DNA of 64,000 nt, taken from positions 43,198 to 107,197 of the IMG/VR virus record IMGVR_UViG_3300010163_000009; one strand, given 5' to 3'. The notes under the pieces are model-generated. The model did not search any database. It worked only from the letters and a program-made list of their open reading frames with translations, and was not told the DNA's origin. Every line of letters begins with the position of its first letter. The first letter of the stretch is position 1. The translations under genes were made by a program, and so were the position numbers. Shown piece after piece: positions 47,512 to 57,243 of this stretch. The stretch comes from a virus. Lineage: Duplodnaviria; Caudoviricetes.

Positions 47512-48844
47512 TAAAACAAACGTTCTTTCTGAAGCTTTCATCGAAGACTTATTCGTCACATGTATTGAAGACAGCTACATTCTTTCGATGGTATGCGAGC
47601 ATTTGGAAGAAGAACACCTTCCAGATCGCAATACAGCGGCTGTTCTAAAGGCTTTCAAGGAATACTATAGAACTTACCGGAGAGTTCCAAATTATTCTAT
47701 AATCCAACAAAAACTCGCCGGTAAGAATGGTGCTCTTAGATTTTGGGAAGAGGCGTATGACAATGGGGAAGCATTTGCTACCGATGAATGTCTTGGTCTG
47801 TTGGAAGAATATCTGAAACGTGTCGAGTTCCAGAAAATGTATAAAAAGGTCGGAGAAATATATAATCGTGAAGGATTGGAAAATGCCCAGCTAATGCTTT
47901 CTAAACATGTAGATTGGATGAGAACATTTTCCTTGACGGAATCGACATATACTGACGTGATTGATACATTCATTACCCGGCATATCCAGAATCGGGCAAA
48001 AAACAATGCGCGTGGAGCAATCAGGGCTATTACTCGATTCTATATCGATGAGTTGGATAACCTTAATCAAGACAGAGACCTTCGTGGGCAGTTATCTTGT
48101 ATTTTGGCTCCGACTGGCGTAGGTAAAAGCCATGCCTCACGTTGGATTGGTTCACAGGCTTGCATTGACGGCTTTAATGTTCTTCATTTTCAGTTGGAAG
48201 GCAGTCGAGAAGAAGTCGAAAACGCTTACTCGGCAGCGTTGGTTGCTTGTAACGCTTACAGCTATGAGAAAGGGTTTATCAAGGACAAGGATATGGATGT
48301 CTTCGCTAAAGAAATTGAGGATATTGCCGGTAAATTGTTTGTAAGAAGTTACCCTAAATTCAATCAGCACGTTTCCACAATCAATATTAAAGAAGCCATT
48401 GCTGAATTTCGTAAAAACTACAATGTCAAGCCTGATATAGTCATCATTGACTCTATGGACTTGCTGACAGATTCTTCAGGACGAAAATATGGAGATAGTG
48501 GAGAGCGTTTGAAACGTATCGCAGTGGCCAATGACCTTAAAGATATTGCCAGTGAAGAAGAAGTCTGGGTGGTGGTTACATATCAGGCCCGCATTGAAAA
48601 CCCTGATTGGGTGAATGATGAGAAAAACGTACTGACGGAGTATTTTTCTTCGGAAGCGAAAGGCATAGCTCAGCCACTGACTCACTTGATTACCCTTAAT
48701 CAATCAGCTAATGAACGCAGGGAAAAGACAATGAGAATACACGTGGCCAAAAGCAGATTCTTCCCCAAAGGAGATACGATTAAAATCGCCACTGATTATG
48801 ACCATGAAAGATTTTTTGACCGGACCAGAACAGCTAATCTTTAA
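47498..48844 (+). CDS. Replicative SF4 helicase (DnaB/T4 gp41-like)
   Basis: APTGVGKS, QLE, IIDSMD, TYQ and KSRF motifs. Confidence 0.9.
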   Translation: MSASNKTNVLSEAFIEDLFVTCIEDSYILSMVCEHLEEEHLPDRNTAAVLKAFKEYYRTYRRVPNYSIIQQKLAGKNGALRFWEEAYDNGEAFATDECLGLLEEYLKRVEFQKMYKKVGEIYNREGLENAQLMLSKHVDWMRTFSLTESTYTDVIDTFITRHIQNRAKNNARGAIRAITRFYIDELDNLNQDRDLRGQLSCILAPTGVGKSHASRWIGSQACIDGFNVLHFQLEGSREEVENAYSAALVACNAYSYEKGFIKDKDMDVFAKEIEDIAGKLFVRSYPKFNQHVSTINIKEAIAEFRKNYNVKPDIVIIDSMDLLTDSSGRKYGDSGERLKRIAVANDLKDIASEEEVWVVVTYQARIENPDWVNDEKNVLTEYFSSEAKGIAQPLTHLITLNQSANERREKTMRIHVAKSRFFPKGDTIKIATDYDHERFFDRTRTANL

Positions 48845-48859
48845 TATACGGAGGTGTTT

Positions 48860-49906
48860 ATGTATATCAGCAAAGAGGATAAGGAATATTTGATACGTGA
48901 GCTTCAAACGGAGCTTCATGCAAGATTGGATGGAGGTCGTAAAAATCTGATTGTACCCGAATGTATGTGGTGCGGAAAGACCGGTGGCAAACTTGGAATT
49001 TACGTTGGTCCCGAAAAGAATGGAAAAATCTTTGGGATGGCTCATTGCTTTTCTTGTGGTAGGACTTGTAAAGATCTCAACCGATTTGTAGATGAGATTG
49101 GTCGTTCAGACCTACAAATTCAAGATACAGTTAAATTTACTCCAGTGGAAGTACCTGAGTTCTTCAATCTGGAAGAAGATGAAATTGACGATGAGTTAGT
49201 GGTCGTGGAGATGCCAGAGTCATGGAAACGATGCTTTAAAAATTCATATTTGAAGTCTCGTGGCTTTACAGCTGATGACTATGCTTATTTCCCAGTTGGA
49301 ACCACTCGCGGTTTGAATTTCAAGTTCGATGATTATGTGGTTTTTCCTATTTATGATGAAGGTGATATAGTAGGATATGTTTCACGTCACGTTTGGAGCA
49401 AGGCTGACATTGACGAATATAACGATAGAGCAAAACGTAACGGCAAATACCAAATTCGCAGATACAATAACAGCATTGAAAACGATTTTGTCAAGCTATT
49501 ATACAATTATGATTCTGTGATAGAAGACGAGACAGACACTGTAATATTGGTTGAGGGTATATTTGATGTCATTGCCCTTACCCGAAAACTCGACTTGTAT
49601 GACAATCATCGAATTGTAGCTGTCTGTACGTTTGGAAAGAAAATAAGTGACACCCAAATTTACAAGCTTCAAAGCAAGGGTGTTCGTGACATTATTATAG
49701 GTTACGATGCCGATGCGTCTGACGCAATTAATGTAGCCGCCGACAAATTGAATGAGTATTTTGACAATGTAATGATTGCCAAACTCGTAGGAGAAGGTAA
49801 GGATTTTGATGATGCTGACTTTTGGGACATCTACGATACCTTTTCAGAATCTCTTTTTACTCCAATCGAATATAAATTGAGTAACGTAGATGGCAAAATC
49901 AGATAG
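48860..49906 (+). CDS. DNA primase (zinc finger plus TOPRIM)
   Basis: CMWC...HCFSC; VEGIFD; YDAD; KD motifs. Confidence 0.88.
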   Translation: MYISKEDKEYLIRELQTELHARLDGGRKNLIVPECMWCGKTGGKLGIYVGPEKNGKIFGMAHCFSCGRTCKDLNRFVDEIGRSDLQIQDTVKFTPVEVPEFFNLEEDEIDDELVVVEMPESWKRCFKNSYLKSRGFTADDYAYFPVGTTRGLNFKFDDYVVFPIYDEGDIVGYVSRHVWSKADIDEYNDRAKRNGKYQIRRYNNSIENDFVKLLYNYDSVIEDETDTVILVEGIFDVIALTRKLDLYDNHRIVAVCTFGKKISDTQIYKLQSKGVRDIIIGYDADASDAINVAADKLNEYFDNVMIAKLVGEGKDFDDADFWDIYDTFSESLFTPIEYKLSNVDGKIR

Positions 49907-51623
49907 AATAACAGAGCTATATGAATGGCTTGAAAAGAATAAAATCAAGTACATTCTGGTGGATTCGGACGTGATTGATATTCCTGGTTTTGGGAAAGCT
50001 TACTTCCAAGACACACAGCGTTCAACCTATAATTCCATTTTCCGCAAAGACGTGGACGGCAATTTTATTTTTAATAGCATGGTACGTCCAGAAGAATTGC
50101 TGAACGATGGAATTGAAAATATCGTGTTCAAATTTGGCAATAACTTTTACTACCACAATCTCAACCAAGATTTTAAACTGAATATCTTGAAATATGTTGG
50201 TGAACGTACTCCGCTTCGGCATAATATTCCATTTGTTAACCTTGGAGTGCATACCCCCTTTGAACTTCTGAACGGAAGTTTTATGCCGGATGAATGGATT
50301 CGCAAAGCAAAATACCTTGGACACACTGCACTTGGAATCTGTGATTACAATACGATGGCCGCTTGCTTTATCTTCCAAAAAGAATGTGACGCAGCCGGAA
50401 TCAAACCAGTGTTCGGGTATTCACTTACTGTGGAAGCCGAAGATTTCAAGTTTGGAGCAAAGGTCTATGTCCAGACACAACGTGGTTTCCGTAATTTGCT
50501 GAGGATTCAAAAAGCCATTATGGTTGATAATGTAGAAAATAAAACCATTGACATATCTGAACTTCTTAATCGGGCTGAAGGAAACGTGCTGGTGCTGGAC
50601 AAATACGCACCCACTTCTTTTGTAGAAAATGAGGACGTGGTTTCTATATTGAGTAAGGATTTTGACGCTATTTACTATCAAGTCGATTTATCTGAATACA
50701 AAGCAGAGCGTATTGATATTAAAATTTTAGAAGCGACCAAGAAATACTTCCATGAATGGTATGGTAATCCTCAAATGCCGAGACCGGTTCTCCTCAGTGA
50801 CGCATATTATTTGGATGTTGATGACGCTAAAAACAAAATCATTCTTAATAAGGTCGCTGAAGGTGCAGCACATGAGCAAAGCAACGACCAATATTTTAAG
50901 GACGCAGACGAGCATTATGCTTTATTTGAAGCATTGTTTGGAGAAGACTGGGATATAGAAGAACTATTTCGTGAGTGCGCAGAAAATACATTCGCTATTG
51001 CAAATAACGCCAAAGGTCGTATGGACACTACCAGAAACTATATGCCAAAGTATGATATGACGGAAGTGGAGCGGGAAAAGTATGGTACCACTCACAATAT
51101 GTTCAATCAACTTTTGGAAGAAGGTCTTCAGCGTTTGGCCCCTAAAGATAAGATTGAGCAATACAGGAAGCAAATGGAATATGAGAAGTACATTATCGAA
51201 TCTACTGATAATGTGGATTATTTGCTGGTGCAATACGATACTTGTAACTGGGCACGTAAGAACAACATCTTTGTAGGATGTGGTCGTGGCTCAGCAGCGG
51301 GCTCGCTACTTCTCTATTTGCTGGGCATTACGCTTATCGATCCTATCAAATACAATCTCATCTTTGAGCGTTTCTTGCTACCTGAGCGTGCCGGGCTATC
51401 CCAGGCAGACACTACCATTATCGGTAACGATATTGATTCTAACCATTATATTGAACTCACATTGGATAATAGTAAAACTATTATGGTTGATGTCGATGCT
51501 GAATTTATGGTTAGGAGATACGGCGAACAAGAACCTGTCAGGGTTTATGCCGATGAATTACAGAAAGATGATGATATTATCTTTGATAACAAAGACATTC
51601 TTTTCACAATCAACGAGTTATAA
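49890..51623 (+). CDS. dnaE: DNA polymerase III alpha, N-terminal half (PHP plus start of palm), ending in a degenerate IntN-like segment
   Basis: HTPFELLNG, GRGSAAGSLL.YLLGIT.IDP and FERFLLPER motifs. Confidence 0.92.
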   Translation: MAKSDRITELYEWLEKNKIKYILVDSDVIDIPGFGKAYFQDTQRSTYNSIFRKDVDGNFIFNSMVRPEELLNDGIENIVFKFGNNFYYHNLNQDFKLNILKYVGERTPLRHNIPFVNLGVHTPFELLNGSFMPDEWIRKAKYLGHTALGICDYNTMAACFIFQKECDAAGIKPVFGYSLTVEAEDFKFGAKVYVQTQRGFRNLLRIQKAIMVDNVENKTIDISELLNRAEGNVLVLDKYAPTSFVENEDVVSILSKDFDAIYYQVDLSEYKAERIDIKILEATKKYFHEWYGNPQMPRPVLLSDAYYLDVDDAKNKIILNKVAEGAAHEQSNDQYFKDADEHYALFEALFGEDWDIEELFRECAENTFAIANNAKGRMDTTRNYMPKYDMTEVEREKYGTTHNMFNQLLEEGLQRLAPKDKIEQYRKQMEYEKYIIESTDNVDYLLVQYDTCNWARKNNIFVGCGRGSAAGSLLLYLLGITLIDPIKYNLIFERFLLPERAGLSQADTTIIGNDIDSNHYIELTLDNSKTIMVDVDAEFMVRRYGEQEPVRVYADELQKDDDIIFDNKDILFTINEL

Positions 51624-51625
51624 TT

Positions 51626-52951
51626 ATGGAATTGACAGAAGAAATGAGTCGTGCGTTTCAAATCATAGAAGAAACGACAGACAGCCTTTTCATCACCGGA
51701 AAGGCTGGAACCGGGAAGACTACATTCCTGAAGTACATAGTTGAACACACCCACAAAAATATCATTGTGGCTGCATCAACTGGAATAGCAGCTATAAATG
51801 CGGGAGGTGTGACGTTGCATAGTTTGTTTGGAATCCCGTTTGAACTGCAAGGACCTAACACTCCGATTAAAGGAAAACTGTATCAAGATAAATTTGAGCT
51901 ATTTGGTAAACTTGATACCATTATCATTGATGAGGCAAGCATGGTTCGTCCGGATGTTCTGGATTATGTGGATCGTAAGCTGAGGCTCTACCGGATGAAT
52001 GAATTACCATTTGGAGGTGTTCAGGTTGTGTTGTTCGGAGATTTGTTCCAGTTGCCGCCTGTCATTAAAAAAAACGAAGAAGTTATTTTGCATCAGTGGT
52101 ATCGAGGCAATTATTTCTTTCATTCTCATGCACTGAGAGAGTCAGGTTTCCAGATTGTCGAACTTACCAAAGTGTTTCGTCAAAGGGATGAGCGCTTCGT
52201 GAATATGTTGAACCGCATACGGGAATACCAACTTCTTCCTATGGATATTGATGACCTCAGTGAATTACGTGATAACCGTGAGAGCAAAGATTTCACAACA
52301 CAAGCCATTCATATTTGTTCTTTGCGCCGTGATGCAGACAGAATCAATAATCAAATGATTGGAGAAGCCACACACACATTCCCAGCAGAGTTCAAAGATG
52401 CTTTTAACCCCAAGAATGCTCCATGCGACTTGAATTTGAAGCTGCGTGAAGGTGCACGAGTTATGACACTTGTGAATGACAACCAACAAGGATTTTATAA
52501 TGGCTCTATGGGTACTGTTAGCTGGATAAGTACGACAAAAATAGGAGTGCTATTGGATGCCGGACATGAAGTTATTATTGAACCATTTACTTGGATTGAT
52601 CGTGAATATAAAGTTAATGGAAATGAAATAAAAACGATTGAAAAGGGAAGCTGTAGGCAATTCCCCCTTACCCTTGGATGGGCTATTACAATCCATAAAA
52701 GCCAGGGGCTGACATTTGACAATGTGGTTATTCATTGCCCTTATGTATTTGCCCCTGGAATGTTATATGTTGCACTTAGCCGATGTACTTCAATGGAAGG
52801 AATTGTAACCGATTTCTTCATTAACAAGAGAGCCATCATTCAAGACAAAGAACTTATCGCTTTTAATAAAATTTGCCAAAATAACGGGAATAAATTTAAC
52901 CTGGACGTATATCGCTCCATTTGCAGGATTTTATGTTATGAAGATAACTAA
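51626..52951 (+). CDS. Pif1/RecD-like SF1B helicase inserted between the dnaE halves
   Basis: GKAGTGKT, DEASM, FGDLFQLPPV, VFRQ, AITIHKSQG and YVALSR motifs. Confidence 0.92.
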   Translation: MELTEEMSRAFQIIEETTDSLFITGKAGTGKTTFLKYIVEHTHKNIIVAASTGIAAINAGGVTLHSLFGIPFELQGPNTPIKGKLYQDKFELFGKLDTIIIDEASMVRPDVLDYVDRKLRLYRMNELPFGGVQVVLFGDLFQLPPVIKKNEEVILHQWYRGNYFFHSHALRESGFQIVELTKVFRQRDERFVNMLNRIREYQLLPMDIDDLSELRDNRESKDFTTQAIHICSLRRDADRINNQMIGEATHTFPAEFKDAFNPKNAPCDLNLKLREGARVMTLVNDNQQGFYNGSMGTVSWISTTKIGVLLDAGHEVIIEPFTWIDREYKVNGNEIKTIEKGSCRQFPLTLGWAITIHKSQGLTFDNVVIHCPYVFAPGMLYVALSRCTSMEGIVTDFFINKRAIIQDKELIAFNKICQNNGNKFNLDVYRSICRILCYEDN

Positions 52952-55115
52952 GATACAAGAATATAATACAAAGCATCCAGTTAAAGTGCTGGATTGCTTT
53001 GTTGACTCCGGCTATGTCAAGACGGAGCATGGCAGTTTGCCTGATGTGGACAACGATTTCCAATCTGATAAACGACAGGAAGTAAAAGAATATATAGAGC
53101 GTCGTTACAATCACGATGGAAAACAGCGCGTATTCTCTGCCGGTACATTTACAACTTTGAAAGCCAAAGCGGTAATCAAGGATGTAGCCAGAACAATGCG
53201 CATCAGTCCATCTTTGACGAATTATTTAACAGCAATCATTGAAGATGATGCGGCTGATTATACCGAAATATTCAAGTTGGCTGCAACCAATCGTAAGATT
53301 GCAAAGTTTATCCACGACTATCCACAACTGTTCGAGGACATCCGAACCTTGATGTTCCAGCCTCGCTCCAGTTCCGTCCACGCTTCAGCACTATTGGTAA
53401 CTCCTGATGAAATGGACGGTGAAGACGTAGAATGTTTTGACTTTGTTCCTATCAAAAAAGTAGATGATATACTTGTCAGCGAAAACAGTGGTTATGACCT
53501 TGATGAACTCGGACTTCTTAAAAATGACTGCCTGGCAACAAAAGAACTCTCGAAATTGCACCAAACTTTTGATTTGGTAAATGAACATTATGATGCCGGA
53601 CTCACAATGGAAAGCGTGGTGGAAAGTAATTTGTCGGATGAGCGTGCATACGAACTTCTGCGCCAAGGATTCACTCAGAATGTATTTCAGCTGTCATCAC
53701 GAGGCATGACTAAGTTCTTGGTTGAGATGCAACCGACTTGTATTCACGACCTGATTGCCGCCAATGCACTGTTCCGCCCGGCAACACTGGAGAATGGCTC
53801 GACTGAAGCTTATGTGGATCGTAAGAAAGGTTTAGTAGCACCGACGTATCTATGGGGAACGTACAATTCCTTAAATGACACTTTCGGACTGATCACTTAT
53901 CAGGAACAAGTTGCCCAGATTGCTCGTGAAGTCGGCGGCTTTTCGTTGGGGGAAGGTGTGAAACTCGTTAAATTCATTTCAAAGAAGAAGACCGAGAAGA
54001 TTCAAGCTATGCGTGAAAAATTCCTTAAAGGAGCAAAGAAAAACGGCTGTCCTATCGAAGATGCTATATCCATTTGGCAGCAGATTGAAGCTTGCGGGTC
54101 CTACCTCTTTAATAAATCACATGCCACAGCCTATGCTGTTACATCTTACATAGGGGCCTATCTCAAAGCTCAGTACCCGACAGCTTTCTACACGGTGGCT
54201 TTGGAATGGGCTGATGATAAGGAACTCATCCCTATAATGTCCGAAATGGAAGCTTGTAGCAGCGCCAAAGTAGTGTCACCGGATATTAACAAGAGTGCGA
54301 TGAATTTCTATACCGATTATGAGACCAATCAGATATTTTGGTCACTCTCTCGTATAAAAATGGTAGGTACAAAAGCTGTTGACTGGATTATCAACGAGCG
54401 AGACAAGAATGGTGAGTTCACTGGTATTATCAATTTCATTGAGCGCATTTTCAAATATAAGTTGAAGAAGTACCAGTATTGGGACGATCCCGACAATGAG
54501 GATGAAATCAAGCGTTGCCCGGTAAATGCCCGACATGTTCTCAATCTCATTCTTGCCGGTTGTTTCGATCATGTTGAAAATGCTTTATCGGTAGTGGAAC
54601 GGTACGCGATCGTGGAAAAAGCAGCCGAGACTCTTGGCTTTGAAATTAAAGTTAAAGATTTCCCTGAAGATTTGATAGGGAAGCATTATTTCTGGTCCCA
54701 GCAACAAATCAAAGTGTCTGGTCTTGGTGCTATAGACTATAAGCGAATATACGACAACAGTGCCATCAAGGAACAGATTCGCGGACGTGCCTCTTACACG
54801 TCCCTCAAAGACACATTGAGCAATGACAAGGATGGGCGTAAAGCCGCTATTGCCGCAACTATTGTAGAGATGGAAGAAAAGAAATTTACCAGCAAAAAAA
54901 CTGGTGAACAAGAAGTGTTCTGTAAAATAACGCTTCAACAGAATAATGATATGGCAGAACTGGTGATATGGCCAGAAGAATATCGCAATGCACGGGCATT
55001 ACTTGTTGGAGCCAAGAACAAATTGATAATCTGTATGGCCGCTATTAAATATAACGACTATGTTGGACACAACAATCTTCAACTAACACGCAATAATTTC
55101 ATTGAAGTAATATGA
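52938..55115 (+). CDS. dnaE: DNA polymerase III alpha, C-terminal half, starting with a degenerate IntC-like segment
   Basis: SLPDVDNDF catalytic aspartates, LLKND.L, YQEQ, FNKSHATAY, PDINKS, and OB fold. Confidence 0.93.
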   Translation: MKITKIQEYNTKHPVKVLDCFVDSGYVKTEHGSLPDVDNDFQSDKRQEVKEYIERRYNHDGKQRVFSAGTFTTLKAKAVIKDVARTMRISPSLTNYLTAIIEDDAADYTEIFKLAATNRKIAKFIHDYPQLFEDIRTLMFQPRSSSVHASALLVTPDEMDGEDVECFDFVPIKKVDDILVSENSGYDLDELGLLKNDCLATKELSKLHQTFDLVNEHYDAGLTMESVVESNLSDERAYELLRQGFTQNVFQLSSRGMTKFLVEMQPTCIHDLIAANALFRPATLENGSTEAYVDRKKGLVAPTYLWGTYNSLNDTFGLITYQEQVAQIAREVGGFSLGEGVKLVKFISKKKTEKIQAMREKFLKGAKKNGCPIEDAISIWQQIEACGSYLFNKSHATAYAVTSYIGAYLKAQYPTAFYTVALEWADDKELIPIMSEMEACSSAKVVSPDINKSAMNFYTDYETNQIFWSLSRIKMVGTKAVDWIINERDKNGEFTGIINFIERIFKYKLKKYQYWDDPDNEDEIKRCPVNARHVLNLILAGCFDHVENALSVVERYAIVEKAAETLGFEIKVKDFPEDLIGKHYFWSQQQIKVSGLGAIDYKRIYDNSAIKEQIRGRASYTSLKDTLSNDKDGRKAAIAATIVEMEEKKFTSKKTGEQEVFCKITLQQNNDMAELVIWPEEYRNARALLVGAKNKLIICMAAIKYNDYVGHNNLQLTRNNFIEVI

Positions 55116-55627
55116 AACCATTAATCATTTGTATAGTAGGAGCATCCGGAAGTGGAAAAACTACCGCTTCCATGATTCTCCAGAAACAATTTGGCTGGAA
55201 TGCCATTGTGTCATATATCACACGCCCTATGCGTAAGGGAGAAATAAATGGGAAAGATCATTGGTTTGTCAAGAAAGACCAAATGCCACCTCTAAATAGA
55301 ATGTGCGCCTATACCCAATTTGGAGGCTACGAATACTGGACGGAGTGGAACCAGTTCCAGACACTCTTTCCCAGTATTTATGTAATTGACGAGAAAGGTC
55401 TTGTAAACCTGCAAAGCAAAATCTGCTCTTTCCCCTTCGATTTGGTTACAATCCAAATCAAACGTGATAATCTTCAGGAGATTGACGATAAACGCAGAGA
55501 ACGAGACAATGAACGAATATGTGTTCCCGATGAGCAGTATGACTACATCGTCGAAAATAATGGTTCAATGGAAGAATTTCGCACCTCCCTTTATTTAACC
55601 GCACAATGTATCATCCAAAAACAATAA
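55112..55627 (+). CDS. Guanylate-kinase-like nucleotide kinase
   Basis: GASGSGKT and S.ITRPMRKGE.NGKDHWFV motifs. Confidence 0.85.
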   Translation: MKPLIICIVGASGSGKTTASMILQKQFGWNAIVSYITRPMRKGEINGKDHWFVKKDQMPPLNRMCAYTQFGGYEYWTEWNQFQTLFPSIYVIDEKGLVNLQSKICSFPFDLVTIQIKRDNLQEIDDKRRERDNERICVPDEQYDYIVENNGSMEEFRTSLYLTAQCIIQKQ

Positions 55628-55631
55628 AAAT

Positions 55632-56408
55632 ATGGCAGCACCTAAAGAAGAATCCCCGGTAATTGTAGCATTTACTATTGACTTTGAGACCGGTGGGCTC
55701 AAATGTCAAACATCAGCTTGCACGCAGATTGCAATACACGCTACCAGACTCGATACATTCGAGAAAATTGGTTCATACCAAAGTTATATCGCTCCTTATA
55801 ACCGTAAGGAGATAGCCGGAGCAACAAAAAAGCGTAAAACACTGAAATCAAAATATGAAGACGAGTCCATTTCTATGGATTATGAGACAAGAGCATTGGA
55901 ATATTCCGCTATCACCATGGATATGCTGGAATCCTATGGAAAACCCATTGAAATTGTGGCGCAGGAGGTGCTTCAGTTTATCATCGACAATACGCCTAAG
56001 TGCCCGAAAAACATGAAACCGTTCTTAATCGGCCAGCATATCGCCTTTGATGAAGGCTTCCTCTGTCAGATGATGGAGTATGCCGGTCTGATGAATGAAC
56101 TAAAAAAGGTTCTTCGTGGGGATGAGGATTTTTATGGTAATTGGCATCCGCTTTATGTGGACACGATAGTTCTTGGACAACTTGCGTTGTGTCATTTACC
56201 GGATGTCAATTCATACAAGCTGGAGATCATGTGCGAAAATCTTGGGATTGAATTAGATGATGCCCATGATGCAGATGCGGACGTGTCAGCAACCACCAAC
56301 GTTGCCGCAGTCCTCACCCAGCGTATGAGAAGTATAGGCGGCGAGTATGATGGTGAAAATCTCGCGATTTCAAAAGCGGAAAAGACTCGTAAACATTTTA
56401 AAATATAA
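55632..56408 (+). CDS. DEDDh 3'-5' exonuclease (DnaQ/epsilon-like)
   Basis: DFETGG, H..FD and HDADADV motifs. Confidence 0.88.
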   Translation: MAAPKEESPVIVAFTIDFETGGLKCQTSACTQIAIHATRLDTFEKIGSYQSYIAPYNRKEIAGATKKRKTLKSKYEDESISMDYETRALEYSAITMDMLESYGKPIEIVAQEVLQFIIDNTPKCPKNMKPFLIGQHIAFDEGFLCQMMEYAGLMNELKKVLRGDEDFYGNWHPLYVDTIVLGQLALCHLPDVNSYKLEIMCENLGIELDDAHDADADVSATTNVAAVLTQRMRSIGGEYDGENLAISKAEKTRKHFKI

Positions 56409-56414
56409 TAAACT

Positions 56415-56687
56415 ATGTTAGAGCAGAAGCAAGAAGGAACTTATTCCCATATAGATGAACCTACTGTACAATTCAAGGCAATTTCAGACAGAATAGTTCG
56501 CGAAGTTATCAATGCCGATACAAAACAGGTGTTAGTCCACATTTCCGGTTATGACCTTCAAATTAACTTTAATATGCAATATTTGAAGTCAGTTGAGGAT
56601 GTTGAAGCCGCTTGTAGTGGTATTGCACAATTATTCCGTGACTTTATCATGGATAAATTACTGGAGGGTAATAAACCATCAAAGTAA
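56415..56687 (+). CDS. Hypothetical protein
   Basis: 90-aa ORF at the end of the replication operon. Confidence 0.55.
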   Translation: MLEQKQEGTYSHIDEPTVQFKAISDRIVREVINADTKQVLVHISGYDLQINFNMQYLKSVEDVEAACSGIAQLFRDFIMDKLLEGNKPSK

Positions 56688-56754
56688 AAAACGACTATTC
56701 GTTAATGACAGAGGATTAATTATAAATAGTTCGCATTAACGAATTAGCGTTAAA

Positions 56755-57234
56755 ATGGAAAATAAGAATAAACTTACAGATCAAGAGATACTTTTCTGTG
56801 ACCTCTATGCAAATGGAGAAGCACCTTATGGGGGCAATGCTGCAAGATGTTACGAAGAAGTATTCAATGACAAATCAAAGCGAGCAAAAAGTCTTGCTAC
56901 TCGTATGCTGGCCCGTCCTGAGATTCAGGAATATCTGGAATCTCTTGACGGGCTGCCGTATGAGGAGGCCAAGTATATGAAAACATTCCTCCGAGAAAAT
57001 CTTATGAGTATCATTCAGGAATGTTCAAGTGCGAAATACAGAGACAGGAAAGGTATTTTGCAATCTCCGGCAGCACTCAGAAGTGTAGCGGTAAACGCAT
57101 CCAAGGCTCTTATGGACCTTTATCCAGTCAAAGAAGCACATGTGAGTAAAATCAATATTGACGGTGCCGGTGAAGGTGGCATTACTTTTAATGTCATCAT
57201 GCCCGATCAGACTAAAAACGAAAAAGAAGACTAA
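56755..57234 (+). CDS. Terminase small subunit
   Basis: LTDQEILFCDLY...GNAA...A.RML.RPEIQEYL HTH motif. Confidence 0.75.
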   Translation: MENKNKLTDQEILFCDLYANGEAPYGGNAARCYEEVFNDKSKRAKSLATRMLARPEIQEYLESLDGLPYEEAKYMKTFLRENLMSIIQECSSAKYRDRKGILQSPAALRSVAVNASKALMDLYPVKEAHVSKINIDGAGEGGITFNVIMPDQTKNEKED

Positions 57235-57243
57235 AATTTCCCT

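Noticed and set aside
51393-53033. Active canonical or class 3 split intein, or an RNA intron, in dnaE
   Set aside because: C1, the block-B His and the terminal Asn are all absent. The Cys in VLDCFV follows the block-F Asp rather than replacing it. No intron core was recognised, and the intervening DNA is fully protein-coding.
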